DNA of 20,000 nucleotides from Rotaria socialis (Eukaryota): NCBI GenBank assembly GCA_905331295.1, contig CAJNYD010000292.1, positions 57,248 to 77,247 of the forward strand, read 5' to 3'. Shown piece by piece: positions 1 to 12,078 of this stretch (position 1 is its first letter; each line of letters starts with the position of its first letter). The notes under the pieces were generated by a model. It saw only the letters and a program-made list of their open reading frames with translations, ran no database searches and was not told where the DNA came from. The position numbers and the translations under genes were made by a program.

Positions 1-573
1 CTATTCGCTTTCTAAATACTACTGGAAAGAAAAACACTTGAATTCTAACATTTTTATAAACTATGCGCATTCAATGTTGTTCTTTTCATTCGTGTAATGT
101 GTCATAGGTTCTATTATCTCTAGCGTAATTTTTCTCATTCACGTGTGATTGATTTAGTTTCTAGTTTTATTATCTCTCTCTCTCGCTCTTTTCTATCCGA
201 ACCTTTTTCACTCCGGTTTGTCGTTCTGTAATTGCAACATCAACTTTTGTTTGTAGACAGTGTTCTTTTTTCGGAATTGAAAACAAACGGGCAGACTTAT
301 ATAATAGTCTTAATGAATCGATTGCAAATTATGATCAAGCACATATGAAAAAAAAACTAGCATTGAATGAAGGATTTATATATATATTTATTATCTTTCT
401 TTAAGATATCGAAAAGTTGGAAAATAAGTCTGATATAGGAGCAAAAGCAAAATCTCTCTTTTCTAGATTGGATGTGAGACAGAAAAGGCTATCGTTCGAT
501 GATTCATCGCAGTATTGAAGAAGTTTTATATTCTTAAAATTGAATTTCTTTTTGTTTAAGAAAGGTAAGTTGA

Positions 574-3500
574 ATGTTCGTCGTTTCAAAGAAATTGGTA
601 TGTCTTCGTCCGCTATTCCTTCGTTCGATTACTACCGATGTTCTTCGAATTGGATCTGTCACTCGTCCAGTGACACCACCAACGGATAGTAATCAATCAC
701 TTGTTCCGATATTTTACTATGAAAAAAATCTTTTTCCACCACCATTTGTTCGTCATCTTGAATGGCTAATGAAAAAAGATAAACTTGGACAAGATGCTTT
801 ATTCGTTGGTCCACCGGGACCAATTCGTCGTCGTCTTATTCTTGCTTATCTTGAATTAACCGGTAAACCATATCAATATTTACAATTAACTCGCGATACG
901 ACAGATTCAGATATAAAACAACGACGAGAAATTCAAAACAAAACAGCTTTATTCATAAACCAAGCAGCTGTCAATGCTGCTATTCACGGGCATACACTCG
1001 TTCTCGATGGTTTAGAAAAAACAGAACGAAATGTTTTACCTATATTAAATAATTTATTGGAAAATCGTGAAATGAATTTAGATAATGGACAATTTTTAGT
1101 ATCAACACAACGTTTTGATGAACTATTAAAATCTTATACGAAGGAACAGCTTGATCAATTGAATTTTATTCGTGTTCATGAAGATTTTCGTGTTATTGCT
1201 TTAACATTACCACCGTTACCCGATTATAAAGGACATAGTCTTGATCCACCATTACGATCTCGATTTCAAGTAAATGAATTTTCAATTATTCTTCCTAGGA
1301 TAGTAATTTTCTTTTCAGTTACGTGACATGGGAAATGTGCCATTAAGTTTTACTGAACATACAAATCTTCTTCAATCACTTCATCCTAATGTTGATAGTC
1401 ATTTCATTGAACAATTACTTTCTTTAGCATCTTTAATTAATTCAACTGATTTAGAAACTCTTAAATTAATTCATTTTCCGTTCGATCGTCTTGATCTTTC
1501 AGTTCGTTTAGCTGAATTAATTCCAGCGATAAATCTTGCTGATTGTATTCATCGTATTTATCCCTATGAAATTCTTTATAGGCAATCAAAAGAATCCAAA
1601 CAAGCTATTCAACATATGTTTAAAACATTAGCTCTACCACAGCAAGAAAAAAATTCATCAAAGAAAATTATTAAAATTAATCGTCAAGAAACTAAAGCTA
1701 CTGTTGATTATGAAATGAATGGAAAGCAATATCAACTAACGGTATTGTAATCGAATCATGAGAGGATTTTTTTGAAAGTATCATTATTTTTTCAGGTACC
1801 AGCTCATGATAGTAAATTAGTTATTAATTCACCAACATTTATTAGTACATCTTATCATGATCAACTTCTAGCTGATTTAATGTTAAGTCATGCTATTGGA
1901 GATATGTGTTTAATTGGTCCGAAAGGTTGTGGAAAAAGTTTAATTATTGATCAATTTGCTTCTTTACTCAATTATCCAATTGAATATTTTGTACTCTATA
2001 AAGATTTATCAGCACGAGAACTATTACAACAACGTATTACCAATGAAAATGGCGATACTCTATGGCAAAATACGCCACTCGTACAAGCAGCTATTCACGG
2101 CCGACTACTTGTACTCGATGGCATACATCGTTTAAATAATGATACATTAGTTTCATTACAAAGACTTATTCAAGATCGTGAACTTTTCTTACCCGACGGA
2201 ACACGTCTTCTTCGGTAAATTATTGAAACTAAGAAAAAATCAACATACAATGAAAGTGAATATTGTTTTCTTTTTGTAGGCATGATCGATATGATCATTT
2301 AGAAAATCCACCAACAAGTATTCGTAGAATTCATCCGTCATTTCGTATCGTTGCTCTTGCTGAACCACCTTCAGGAGGCAATATTGCACCTAGTGAAAGT
2401 TCTTCGGTAAAATCCTCAAGTGAACAAAACTGGTTGAATGCTGAAACATTAAATTTATTTTTATATCATCAAATGCGTTCATTGAATTTAAATGAAGAAC
2501 GTGAAATAGTTTATTCATATTTATCGGCTCCTAATAAATCAATACCAGCTATTGAACATCTTCTTCAATTTGTTCATGAACTACGAAATTCATCTGAAAC
2601 ACAATTGAAAACTGTAGCACAATCATTATCAACACGAAATGTTTTACGTGTCGCTAAACATTTAAAACAAAATACATCTAATTATCATCTACAATTACGC
2701 GATCAATTAATTCGACAAACATCGGCACCATTTCTTCCACGACTTGTTCAAGATGCATTTTATGAAGCATTAAATAAATCAGGTCTTGAAAATAATCAAC
2801 CGGCTATATCGTCCGATATCAATTGGAAACAATCAGTTATGAATCCGAATGATTCCTCGAACAGTTCGTTTGAACATGCAGCAAAAGTTCCTTTTACAGT
2901 TTTCTATGAAAATCCAATACATAGTGAAATTATTCAACAAATGCATGAATCGTTTTTGTTAGGTGAACATTTATTATTAATTGGACCGCAAGGGTAACGA
3001 TTTGATTGATGTGTTGCAATAAAATCTTAGTTTATTATATTTACAGAGTAGCAAAAAATCGTATTGTTGATCATTATCTTCAAACATTAAAATTGCCTCG
3101 TGAATATATTCAACTACATCGTAAATAAATCATCTTGAAGTCGATTTTACGAATGCTTTTTTGTTTTGCTATTTGTTATTCTAGGCGACACAACTGTACA
3201 AAGTCTGACGATTCAAGCAAATATTATCAATGGTCGTATTGTCTATGAAGATAGTCCATTGATAAAAGCAATAAAAGAAGGTTCAGTTGCAGTTATCGAT
3301 GAAGCAGATAAAGCTCCAACGAATGTAACAGGAATATTAAAATCTTTGATTGAAAGTGGCTCCATGTTTCTCAGCGACGGACGGCATGTTTATCCGAAAG
3401 AAACAGGAGCTATTACAACAATACCATCGAATATGATTATTCGTACTCATCCAAATTTTCGAATGATTGTTCTAGCGAATAGACCTGGTTTTCCATTTCT

Positions 3501-6500
3501 TGGAAATGAGTAAGTTCGTCGCATGAATAAATTCTATTTCTATTTTTCTGTTTAGCTTTTTCCTAAGCTTAGGTGATCATTTTTCAACATTTCCAATTTT
3601 GAATCCACCTCGTGAAAGTGAAATTATTCTCTTACAAAATTTTGGTCCTAATATTGAACGTAAAAAACTCGAACAATTAGTCGATGTATTTACACAATTA
3701 CGTCAATTATCTATCGATGGTATCATTTCATATCCTTATAGTTTACGTGAACTTGTTTCAATCGTCAAGCATTTAAATATGTTTCCAAATGATTCATTAG
3801 CTGATGTTGTCTGTAATGTATTTGATTTAGATAATTATAATACAGATGTTATTGATCGTATACAGTCAATTCTTCATCGGCATGGAATTCCATTTCATAT
3901 AGAAAAACGAACAGTAAATTTAGCTAAAAGTTACCCATTAAAACTTGTTTCCAATCAAGAAACATGGCAAACTACGGCGATCGATGGTGCAAATCTTGAA
4001 CATTCATCATCGATTATATTAAGTGAACAGCCGAATAAACCATCGATAAAAACAATTCACTCAATCAATCGAAATGATTCAAGAACTCGAAATTTTACTG
4101 AAATGATTTATAAATATCGATTACCATTGGATGAAACAACTTATGTACATGATCTTAAGGTTCTAAATGCAAATAAATCTGTACTGGTATTAACAGGTAA
4201 TCCACTGGCATTGTGGATATTTAAATTAGGTGAAAATCAAGCGAAAAAAATTGATTTACACCCTATATTTACTAAGCATTCAAATCGTTTTACTACACCA
4301 AATTATCAGGTGACTAATAATATCGAACTCATATTCTAATTTCTATGTTTTATAAATTTAGTTACATCTAATTCCGGGAAATGACAAACAAGTGATTGTA
4401 GGTGAGATAACAAATCAAGTATGGTCATTGATGAATCTAGAGGATGGCCAAACTTCGATTGTTCAATCTTGTATTTCATCATCGACTCCATTAACAGAAA
4501 CCATAAGTCGGAAATTTAATGAACTTCTTTCACAACGAACGACTGTTCCATCAAGATCAGTATACAACTCGATGAATGGCCAACTCCTTCAATATAATTT
4601 TAATTCACATGCGATTCATATAGTTGATTTTATGAAAAATCTATCTCACCAAATAAAACTTCCATTTTTAATGCGACATGCGTTTCCGTTGGGTGACCAA
4701 TTCGTTCTTACTGATCATGTTCAACAAGCTTCATCTTCGTATCTTTTTAATGCAAATAGTGAACAAAAACCAACGATATCAAAGATTCAACATCACATTG
4801 ATGCGATTGGTTTAGCTAGTAGTGGCGGATATTTGAATGACAATTCATTGTGGTTTTCAAGTTCACATGATTATTTAGCAAAGATTATTTCAAATACAAG
4901 TAATAATCTTATTGTTGAAAGGTTTCGACGAACAAAATTAATATCGCCGGGTGATGTGCCAGCACAGGAAATGTATGAAAAACGACGTTTACAAACATTT
5001 ATTAATAAGCAACATTCATTAATTGCTTCATTATATGCAAAAGCTGAAATTGATAAAAAATTTGCGTATGTTCACTTTTCATTCTTGCCGACAAAGTTCA
5101 TAATGATTTTGTTCTTTAGAGCGAAAACGGATATTCCTGATGCATCGATTCTTACTTTTATTGAATTAGTTGATTTAAATCATAATTTAGTAACTTATAT
5201 TCCAATTCAACGTTTTCAAGAACAAAATGCACGTTCATCAACATCTCAACATGAATGGCATATGTTGATTAAATCTGGTTCAGGTGTTATTGCTGAACAA
5301 TTTAACGATGGTTCGTTAGTAACAATCGATTCTCGTGCTAATATTCATCACTGGGAAATCGTACCAAGTAATTTACAAATTTCATTAGATGCTTGGAGCA
5401 AAAATACGAATCAGTCAGGACAACACAGCCTGGATATTGAATATATGAAAGGTGGAAAAACTGATTTAAGTGGACCTAAACATGGAAAAGTAGATCCAGA
5501 AAACAATCCACATGTAGGTGGAAATCAATGGGCTGGTGGAAGTGGTGGTCGAGATACTGCTGGTATATTTATTGTTGTTTTAATATTTATATCGACTTAC
5601 CTTTTTTATTGTTTAGGACTGGGTGGTATTGGAGGACCGTATCGTTTAGACAGCGGTAATCAAGTTTATCAAGTTTCTGATGATGTCAAAGCAGCAGTAC
5701 CTGAACATATACGAAAAGCAGCAAGAGAATTAGGTCAAAAAGTTTTCAAAGAACGTTTGAAAGAAATTGAAATGTCTGAATATGAACATGAAGTTTATGA
5801 AAAATATCTGAATAAAATTTCAAGTGAAATCAAAATGCTTCGATCAATTATTGAATCATTAGAAGCCAAATCGCATGATCGTCAATGGGTGGTAAAGTAC
5901 CTAAAATATGAAGTTTTTCAATCGATCTATTCCTCTTCTTTGTTTTTCATAATCTCAGCGTCATCGCACAACGGGCGATTGGGATGAACGAAAATTAATT
6001 GAAGGTATTATTGGCGAAAAATCTATCTATAAATATCGTGCTGATGTTCCACCTGAGCCTGGCAGTCCACAAACAAAAGCTAAACGTCTTCGTTTAGTTG
6101 TCAATTTATCTGCATCGATGTATCGTTTTAATGGTGTTGATAACCGGTTAGAACGTCAATGTGAATGTGTATTGATGTTTCTTGAATCGTTGGCTGGTTT
6201 TGAACATAAATTTACTTATGATATTGTTGGTCATTCAGGTGACGAACATTCAATTGAACTTGTAAGAAAAAATCAACCACCAAAAAATAATAAAGAACGC
6301 TTGAAACTATTAAAACTGATGTATACACATACGATGTTTTGCAATTCGGGTGATAATACATTTGCAGCTTTAAAATCGGCCATTGATGCTTTACAAGCAG
6401 AACCAGATGATACAGTCGATGAACGTTTTGTTATTGTTATATCAGATGCAAACTTCGATCGATACGGTTTATCACCGCAAGTCTTTGGGAAAATGTTACA

Positions 6501-6666
6501 ATCCAACGAGAATGTTCAATGTTTTGCCATGTTTATTGGATCACTAGGACAACAAGCAACACATTTACAACAGAATTTACCATCTGGAAAAGGTTTTGTT
6601 TGTCTTGAAACTACTCAAATACCAAAAGTATTAAAGACTATTTTTACTTCTGATGTTTTACATTGA
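574..6666 (+). CDS. VWA8: von Willebrand factor A domain-containing protein 8 (three AAA modules plus C-terminal VWA domain), 11 exons, about 1844 aa
   Basis: Exons spliced by eye at GT-AG sites with consistent phase: 574-1269, 1319-1741, 1796-2214, 2280-2993, 3047-3120, 3185-3509, 3556-4309, 4362-5065, 5120-5562, 5617-5891, 5959-6666 (5535 nt). VWA8-like motifs: GQDALFVGPPGPIRRRL, LDGLEKTERNVLPILNNLLENREM, GPKGCGKS, IDEADKAP, PKHGKVDPENNPHVGGNQWAGGSGGRDTAGLGGIGGPYRLDSG, SMYRFNGVDNRLER, SDANFDRYG. The basic, acid-free N-terminus resembles a mitochondrial presequence. The start codon is less certain than the rest. Confidence 0.95.
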
Positions 6667-6861
6667 TTTACTTTTGTGTAACACATACTATGAATTTTAG
6701 CGATTATTTTGTCATAAATCTGTTTGAAATATACCATCTATCATTTTTCTAGAGGGTGTAGGATATATTCGTACTCTCATTTAATCACATCCACATCCTC
6801 GGAATTTAGAAGAAAAAGTGTAAGAAAATTTCGTCAGCTACAAATGTAGTTTAATATTTAT

Positions 6862-7917
6862 TTAGAAATATTTTGTCTTTTCACTAATGATTTTTTCACT
6901 GACATCCCAACATTCTTCTGCTAATTGTTTATTAAAAGCTAATGGACTTGATTTTGCTTCTTTGCAATTACCATGAAATTGTCCTGGTCTAGCTTCGTTC
7001 GATAATGAACAATATAAACTTGTTTGTGCTCCTTGATATATTGATTTTCCAACTATCAATAGTACTACGTGATAAAAGATGTTAAATGATTTTGGTGCTC
7101 GTCGTGTTATTTCTGTATAAATCATTCCAGGATGTAATGAATATGCTTTTATACCTTGTTGACCATAGCGTTTTTGTAATTCAAAGGCATGCCATACTTG
7201 AGCTAATTTTGATTGACCATACGATATTTGTGCATTATAGGACGAACTGGGAAATTCATAATTGATACGATGATCAACGAAACAGTGTCCTGTACTGCTC
7301 ACATTAACAATACGTGCTTTTGATCGAATTAATAATGGTAACAGAAGTTTTGTTAAATAAAAATGACCAATATGATTTGTACCAAATTCTGTTTCTAATC
7401 CATCCGCGGTTAATGAATGTATTGAGTGTGCCATACCAGCATTGTTCAAAAGAATATTCACATGTTGTTCATGTTTGAGAATTTTATTAGCGAATTGTTT
7501 TACTGTCGAAAGTTTTGATAAATCCAAATCGTAACCAACTATTTTACCAGTATCAATTATCTTTGCTTCTTGCGCCAATAATCGAGCTGTTTGCTCAGCT
7601 CGATTTTGACCACGTATACCAACAATAACTTTTGCACCTAATTTAGCAAATTCAATGGCTGACGCACGACCAATACCAGATGCTGCTCCTGTAACTATAA
7701 CTGTTTGCCCAGTTAGATCTGTATTTTTTGATGGAATATATGAATCACCAGTTGCTATTCTTCTACATACAAGTATTATAATAATCAAATAAAGAAATAA
7801 AGTAAACAATGAAAACGTTTGAGTAAAATAAAATTTAAATAATAATATAAGAATACTTGAAATTAAGCAAATAAATGATTGAATTTCGGGTTGATATAAT
7901 AATGGCTTGATGTGCAT
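6862..7917 (-). CDS. Short-chain dehydrogenase/reductase, RDH12/WWOX-like, with N-terminal hydrophobic anchor; single exon, 351 aa
   Basis: Rossmann motif TGAASGIG, NNAG, TNHIGHFYLT, VNVSS, catalytic YGQSK (YxxxK), SLHPG, GAQTSLY. Two hydrophobic stretches lie in the first ~55 aa. Confidence 0.93.
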   Translation of the reverse strand: MHIKPLLYQPEIQSFICLISSILILLFKFYFTQTFSLFTLFLYLIIIILVCRRIATGDSYIPSKNTDLTGQTVIVTGAASGIGRASAIEFAKLGAKVIVGIRGQNRAEQTARLLAQEAKIIDTGKIVGYDLDLSKLSTVKQFANKILKHEQHVNILLNNAGMAHSIHSLTADGLETEFGTNHIGHFYLTKLLLPLLIRSKARIVNVSSTGHCFVDHRINYEFPSSSYNAQISYGQSKLAQVWHAFELQKRYGQQGIKAYSLHPGMIYTEITRRAPKSFNIFYHVVLLIVGKSIYQGAQTSLYCSLSNEARPGQFHGNCKEAKSSPLAFNKQLAEECWDVSEKIISEKTKYF

Positions 7918-8176
7918 TTTGCAGATAAGTAAATTTTAAACTTCAATATAATGAAAACAAGAACAACCTTCTGAAGATAATATACTGAAAGATTAGCCCT
8001 TTTTTTGTAGAGAGAAAGAAATATAAAAACAAAAAAATTTTCTCGTTCTTACATATGTGTGTGTGTGAGTGAGGGAGCGAGAAAAAAGTTTTTCTTTAGA
8101 CGCGACAACTATAGTATTGATCTTTCAGTGGTTGTTTTGTCAACACTGCAAGAAGAGAAGAAAACGTCTCTCATGT

Positions 8177-8894
8177 TTAGTAGAGACGATGGGATGGTCC
8201 CATTGTAGTTTTAATGAATACTTTTTGAACGTGTTGCCAATGTTTTGGTACGGATGCTACAACGCAATTAATTGTCATAGAAATGTTACTCGTCAATTGC
8301 GCTTGTGTCATATTCACATGTCCAACAGGAACATTAATGAGAGGTTGCTTTTTCAAACGAACTCGAACCATTGCTTTCATTTGCTCGATTTTGTCACATA
8401 ATGATTCCGTATGACTGACTACTGTTGGAAATTTCCCGATGCGACCCATACCCGGACCGAGTAGACGTGGAATTTGACGAATGATATTGTCCGAGGCTAA
8501 GAAAGCATGATAACGATGTTCGAGTTTTCTTTTCTTCTTTTTATCTTTGTTCATACGTCGTAAATCATCGGTTGACATATACGGAATATTGTGTAGACGA
8601 GCTTCGTCACAATGTTGTTCATCGCCATAGACACAAACTTTGTAACGAGAACGTGTTGGATGACGAAGTTGAATATTGGCAGAAAAACGTTTTTCACGGT
8701 TAGTATCATAATTTTTCAGTACAATCTGTAATTCAACAGTCTCCACGAATTTCCTTTGATGATGACCATGAGCATATTGAAGTAAGCGGTCAATAGACTC
8801 TTGAAGAGTCTCCTATCGAGAAAAAAATGCGACATCTTATTCGTTTTGAAAATATAATAGAATTTACTTTCGAAATTTCGTTGTTCGAGCACAT
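8177..8894 (-). CDS. RPL10A: 60S ribosomal protein L10a (uL1), divergent copy; 2 exons, about 220 aa
   Basis: Exon 1 is 8894-8868 (MCSNNEISK; an alternative in-frame ATG lies at 8915), intron 8867-8813 is GT-AG, exon 2 is 8812-8177. Signature segments: RKFVETVELQIVLKNYD, KRFS, VCVYGDEQHCDEA, AFLAS, QIPRLLGPG, GKFP, VGHV, WQHV, IKTTMG..RLY. Confidence 0.92.
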
Positions 8895-9187
8895 AATTGT
8901 AGTAACTATAGGCATATTCAGTCGAATTTATACATAACTATTATTGCACAATACAATATCATCATTGTGCAATCGAAAAACTTCACTCAATAGTCTTTTC
9001 AAGAGTCGCTCAAATACTATATAGTCAACATAGTAGATATCAAAAGCTTACAGCTGATACAACAGGATACTGGCAAACGAGTACGATTATAAAACACCAA
9101 ATACAATTATACTACATCATTTTGATTATCTTTGGGACAAGCATTGATCATAATTATTACTTTCAGCGCGAGTTATTTTATTTATTC

Positions 9188-9736
9188 GAAAGAAATCGAA
9201 ATGTCGGAATATGAACGTGAAGTTTAATGAAAAATATCTTAATAAAATTTCAACTGAAATCAAAACTGCATGATCCTCAATAGGTGGTAAAGGGTCTAAA
9301 ATATATAGTTTTTCAATCGATCTATTCCTCTTCTTTGTTTTTCATAATCTCAGCGTCATCGCACAACGGGCGATTGGGATGAACGAAAATTAATTGAAGG
9401 TATTATTGGCGAAAAATCTATCTATAAATATCGTGCTGATGTTCCACCTGAGCCTGGCAGTCCACAAACAAAAGCTAAACGTCTTCGTTTAGTTGTCAAT
9501 TTATCTGCATCGATGTATCGTTTTAATGGTGTTGATAACCGGTTAGAACGTCAATGTGAATGTGTATTGATGTTTCTTGAATCGTTGGCTGGTTTTGAAC
9601 ATAAATTTACTTATGATATTGTTGGTCATTCAGGTGACGAACATTCAATTGAACTTGTAAGAAAAAATCAACCACCAAAAAATAATAAAGAACGCTTGAA
9701 ACTATTAAAACTGATGTATACACATACGATGTTTTG
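9188..9736 (+). pseudogene. Partial duplicate of the VWA8 3' region (end of exon 10, intron 10, start of exon 11)
   Basis: 9188-9306 aligns to 5759-5911 with substitutions, a 1-bp insertion, a ~33-bp deletion and TGG>TAG. 9307-9736 reads identical to 5912-6341 (constant offset 3395). The intron is retained and both ends are truncated. Confidence 0.88.
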
Positions 9737-10060
9737 TATTAATTTAATCAATAAAGTCACTGTTCTAAGATTTTATAACAAAATAGTTTGATATGGATGT
9801 AATTCGAATTTACTATCGATATCCTTTCTTTCGTAATNATATTGTTGGTCATTCAGGTGACGAACATTCAATTGAACTTGTAAGAAAAAATCAACCACCA
9901 AAAAATAATAAAGAACGCTTGAAACTATTAAAACTGATGTATACACATACGATGTTTTGTATTAATTTAATCAATAAAGTCACTGTTCTAAGATTTTATA
10001 ACAAAATAGTTTGATATGGATGTAATTCGAATTTACTATCGATATCCTTTCTTTCGTAAT
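9616..10060. repeat. Exact 222-bp tandem duplication separated by a single N (probable scaffolding artefact)
   Basis: 9616-9837 equals 9839-10060, with N at 9838 exactly at the junction. Confidence 0.9.
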
Positions 10061-11009
10061 GTTGTCCCTTTTTCTCAATAGTTATAATAATATTTTAGGT
10101 AAGTAGAAAAGATTGGAAATATCTTCATTCATTCTATTTCTTTCTCGACAACATTATTATATGTAAGGCAGGAAAAATATGAAAATGAGTTATTTTTCAT
10201 GTGTAACGACGTATCTCGTATAAATATATTCAGATGTTGTTATTCTCTGCTGAAGTAAAGAAGAATCTTTGTATATTTATTGACAACGTGTCGTTACATT
10301 GATTTCATGCACTTACAGTTGTATAGAGAAAACAAAACTAATGAGAAATGTTTGATATTCAGAGAAATTCATGATGAGACAACAAGAGATTATACAAATA
10401 ATTTTAGTATGTACTTTTTCACAATATTTATAGGAAACTGGTAAAACTAGTATGATCAAATAATTTGATTTTTCTATGCAAAGTAGTGCGTTGACTTTAA
10501 CGGTTCGCTTTTCTGTTTATGTAGACTGCGTGCCATCTTTATTGTTGTACTAGAAAACAGTTCATACAAAAAATATCTTGATTCATATTATTATTACAAT
10601 TTTTTGGAAAAGATTCTTGCAGTTTATGTTGGGTTTAATGTTAGCTGAAACTTTTCTGTTCTTCGTTCACTTAGTTGACAACAAACAATAAATCCCCTTC
10701 CATCCACTGAGTGCATAAAGGTGCTGGTAGTGTATGAAGCATCATTTTGAAAATTTAAAAATATATTTTGGTTGTTCTTTTCATTAAAGTTGTACTTCTG
10801 TTTGTGTTAAGTGCCTAGGTTATTAAGATAAGGTTGCTGTGTATAAAATATTTCATTCGAAAATCATTCACATTCTCAGATAAGAGACGAGCATGAATCT
10901 ATGGCAGAATCGAAATCAATCAATCGTCTCCTAGTGTCTAACATTCGTGATGAATCGAAACAAATGCTCACGCCAATTTCTGGCTATGAACGCGAACTTT
11001 TATTGTCTA

Positions 11010-11267
11010 CCCAGGAGGATCATCCTGCCGTCTAAAAGGCCATCAGAAACGGCCTGAAACGGCTATAAAACGACATAAAATGACATTAATTTTCTCCCTA
11101 TTTCGCCGTAATCCGTCAGCTCGTTTTACGGGCCGTTTGTTTTGCTAGAAAATGGTCATCGCTTTTAACACTATTCTCTTCGTTTTCCGAGCTGACGGAA
11201 AACGGCGCCATTTTTTAACGCTTTACATCGTTTTTATGCCGTTTCAGGCCGTTTTATTTCACCTGGG
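11010..11267. mobile_element. 258-bp non-autonomous TIR element (MITE), CACTA/CMC-like termini
   Basis: Termini CCCAGG...CCTGGG, flanked by TA on both sides (11008-11009, 11268-11269). A perfect 17-bp subterminal inverted repeat: AAACGGCCTGAAACGGC (11047-11063) and GCCGTTTCAGGCCGTTT (11238-11254). Confidence 0.85.
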
Positions 11268-11281
11268 TATTGAAGAAGCAT

Positions 11282-12078
11282 CCCTAGAGCATGTCCTGAG
11301 TTCAGGGTACCCATATACTGAGAAAATCTCAGCAAGGTACCCGATACGGATACTACGAAAATTCTCAGTAATTATACTGATGTAGTACTGCATCGGGTAC
11401 CCATAGCAGTATGTTTACTGAACAAGTATCTGTAGTGGTACCCACACTTGTAATTTTACTCAGGAAAGCTCTACAGGTATCGTAGATTTCTCGCGTTCTG
11501 TGTAGCGACTGTTCTCGCACCATTTTCTTTTTCACACACGACTCCGTATAAACAACTCGACAAATCATAAGAAACTTATCTATTTTTGTACTATTTGTTT
11601 TTCTAGATTATTTCTTGACTATTTATTAGCCGAGAACGTGCCGATCTTAATTGTAAATTAAGAGCGGACTACCCTGAAGTGGTCTGGCGGAGATTCGACC
11701 AACTCGAGTTCGGTCAAATCCAGAAATTTGACGTGCTAGAGTTTTCAGTATTGGAAAACTTGAATTAAATAAAATCGAAAAAAAGTAATAAATTGTTCTG
11801 AGAGAAAAAATGAAACGCTCAAAGATTAGGTTCGATCATCAACATACTGCAATTTTGATAACAGGGTACCTAAACATACTGTGAAATAGTATCCACCTGA
11901 GCAATTAATCAGTACCTTCAAGTACCAATTTACTAGACGCTTTCCAGCAGGGTACCCTCTCGAGTACCTAATAAGTACCTAAAATTACTTGTCAGTACTC
12001 AAATACCATAAAGTTCCTTTGATATACTAGTATCAGGGTACTTTTTCAGGTACCTTTAGCTCAGTACATGCACTAGGA
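11282..12078. mobile_element. 797-bp non-autonomous TIR element, CACTA/CMC-like
   Basis: 30-bp TIR with 24/30 matches (CCCTAGAGCATGTCCTGAGTTCAGGGTACC versus reverse complement of the right end TCCTAGTGCATGTACTGAGCTAAAGGTACC). 2-bp AT duplication at 11280-11281 and 12079-12080. Many subterminal GGTACC/AGTAC/TACTG repeats at both ends. Confidence 0.85.

Noticed and set aside
561..570. Perfect splice donor AAG/GTAAGT just before the VWA8 ATG
   Set aside because: I found no well-placed acceptor that gives a better model, and the ATG at 574 yields a plausible presequence. It leaves the start slightly uncertain.
802..840. Degenerate Walker A (GPPGPIRR) in the first VWA8 AAA module
   Set aside because: As I recall, this degenerate P-loop is the normal state in VWA8 orthologues.
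574..6666. Eight consecutive + strand ORFs as a MoxR/VWA-type prokaryotic operon
   Set aside because: The gaps are GT-AG introns that splice in phase into one VWA8 protein.
7918..8176. RPL10A-SDR pair as a trans-spliced operon
   Set aside because: Same strand and 259 bp apart, but there is no clear acceptor just upstream of the SDR ATG and short gaps are common in compact genomes.
9616..10060. 222-bp perfect tandem repeat and ORFs 9513-9791 and 9793-10014 as a real repeat or small genes
   Set aside because: The N sits exactly at the junction of two identical copies, typical of overlapping contig ends joined in scaffolding. The ORFs are fragments of the VWA8 duplicate.
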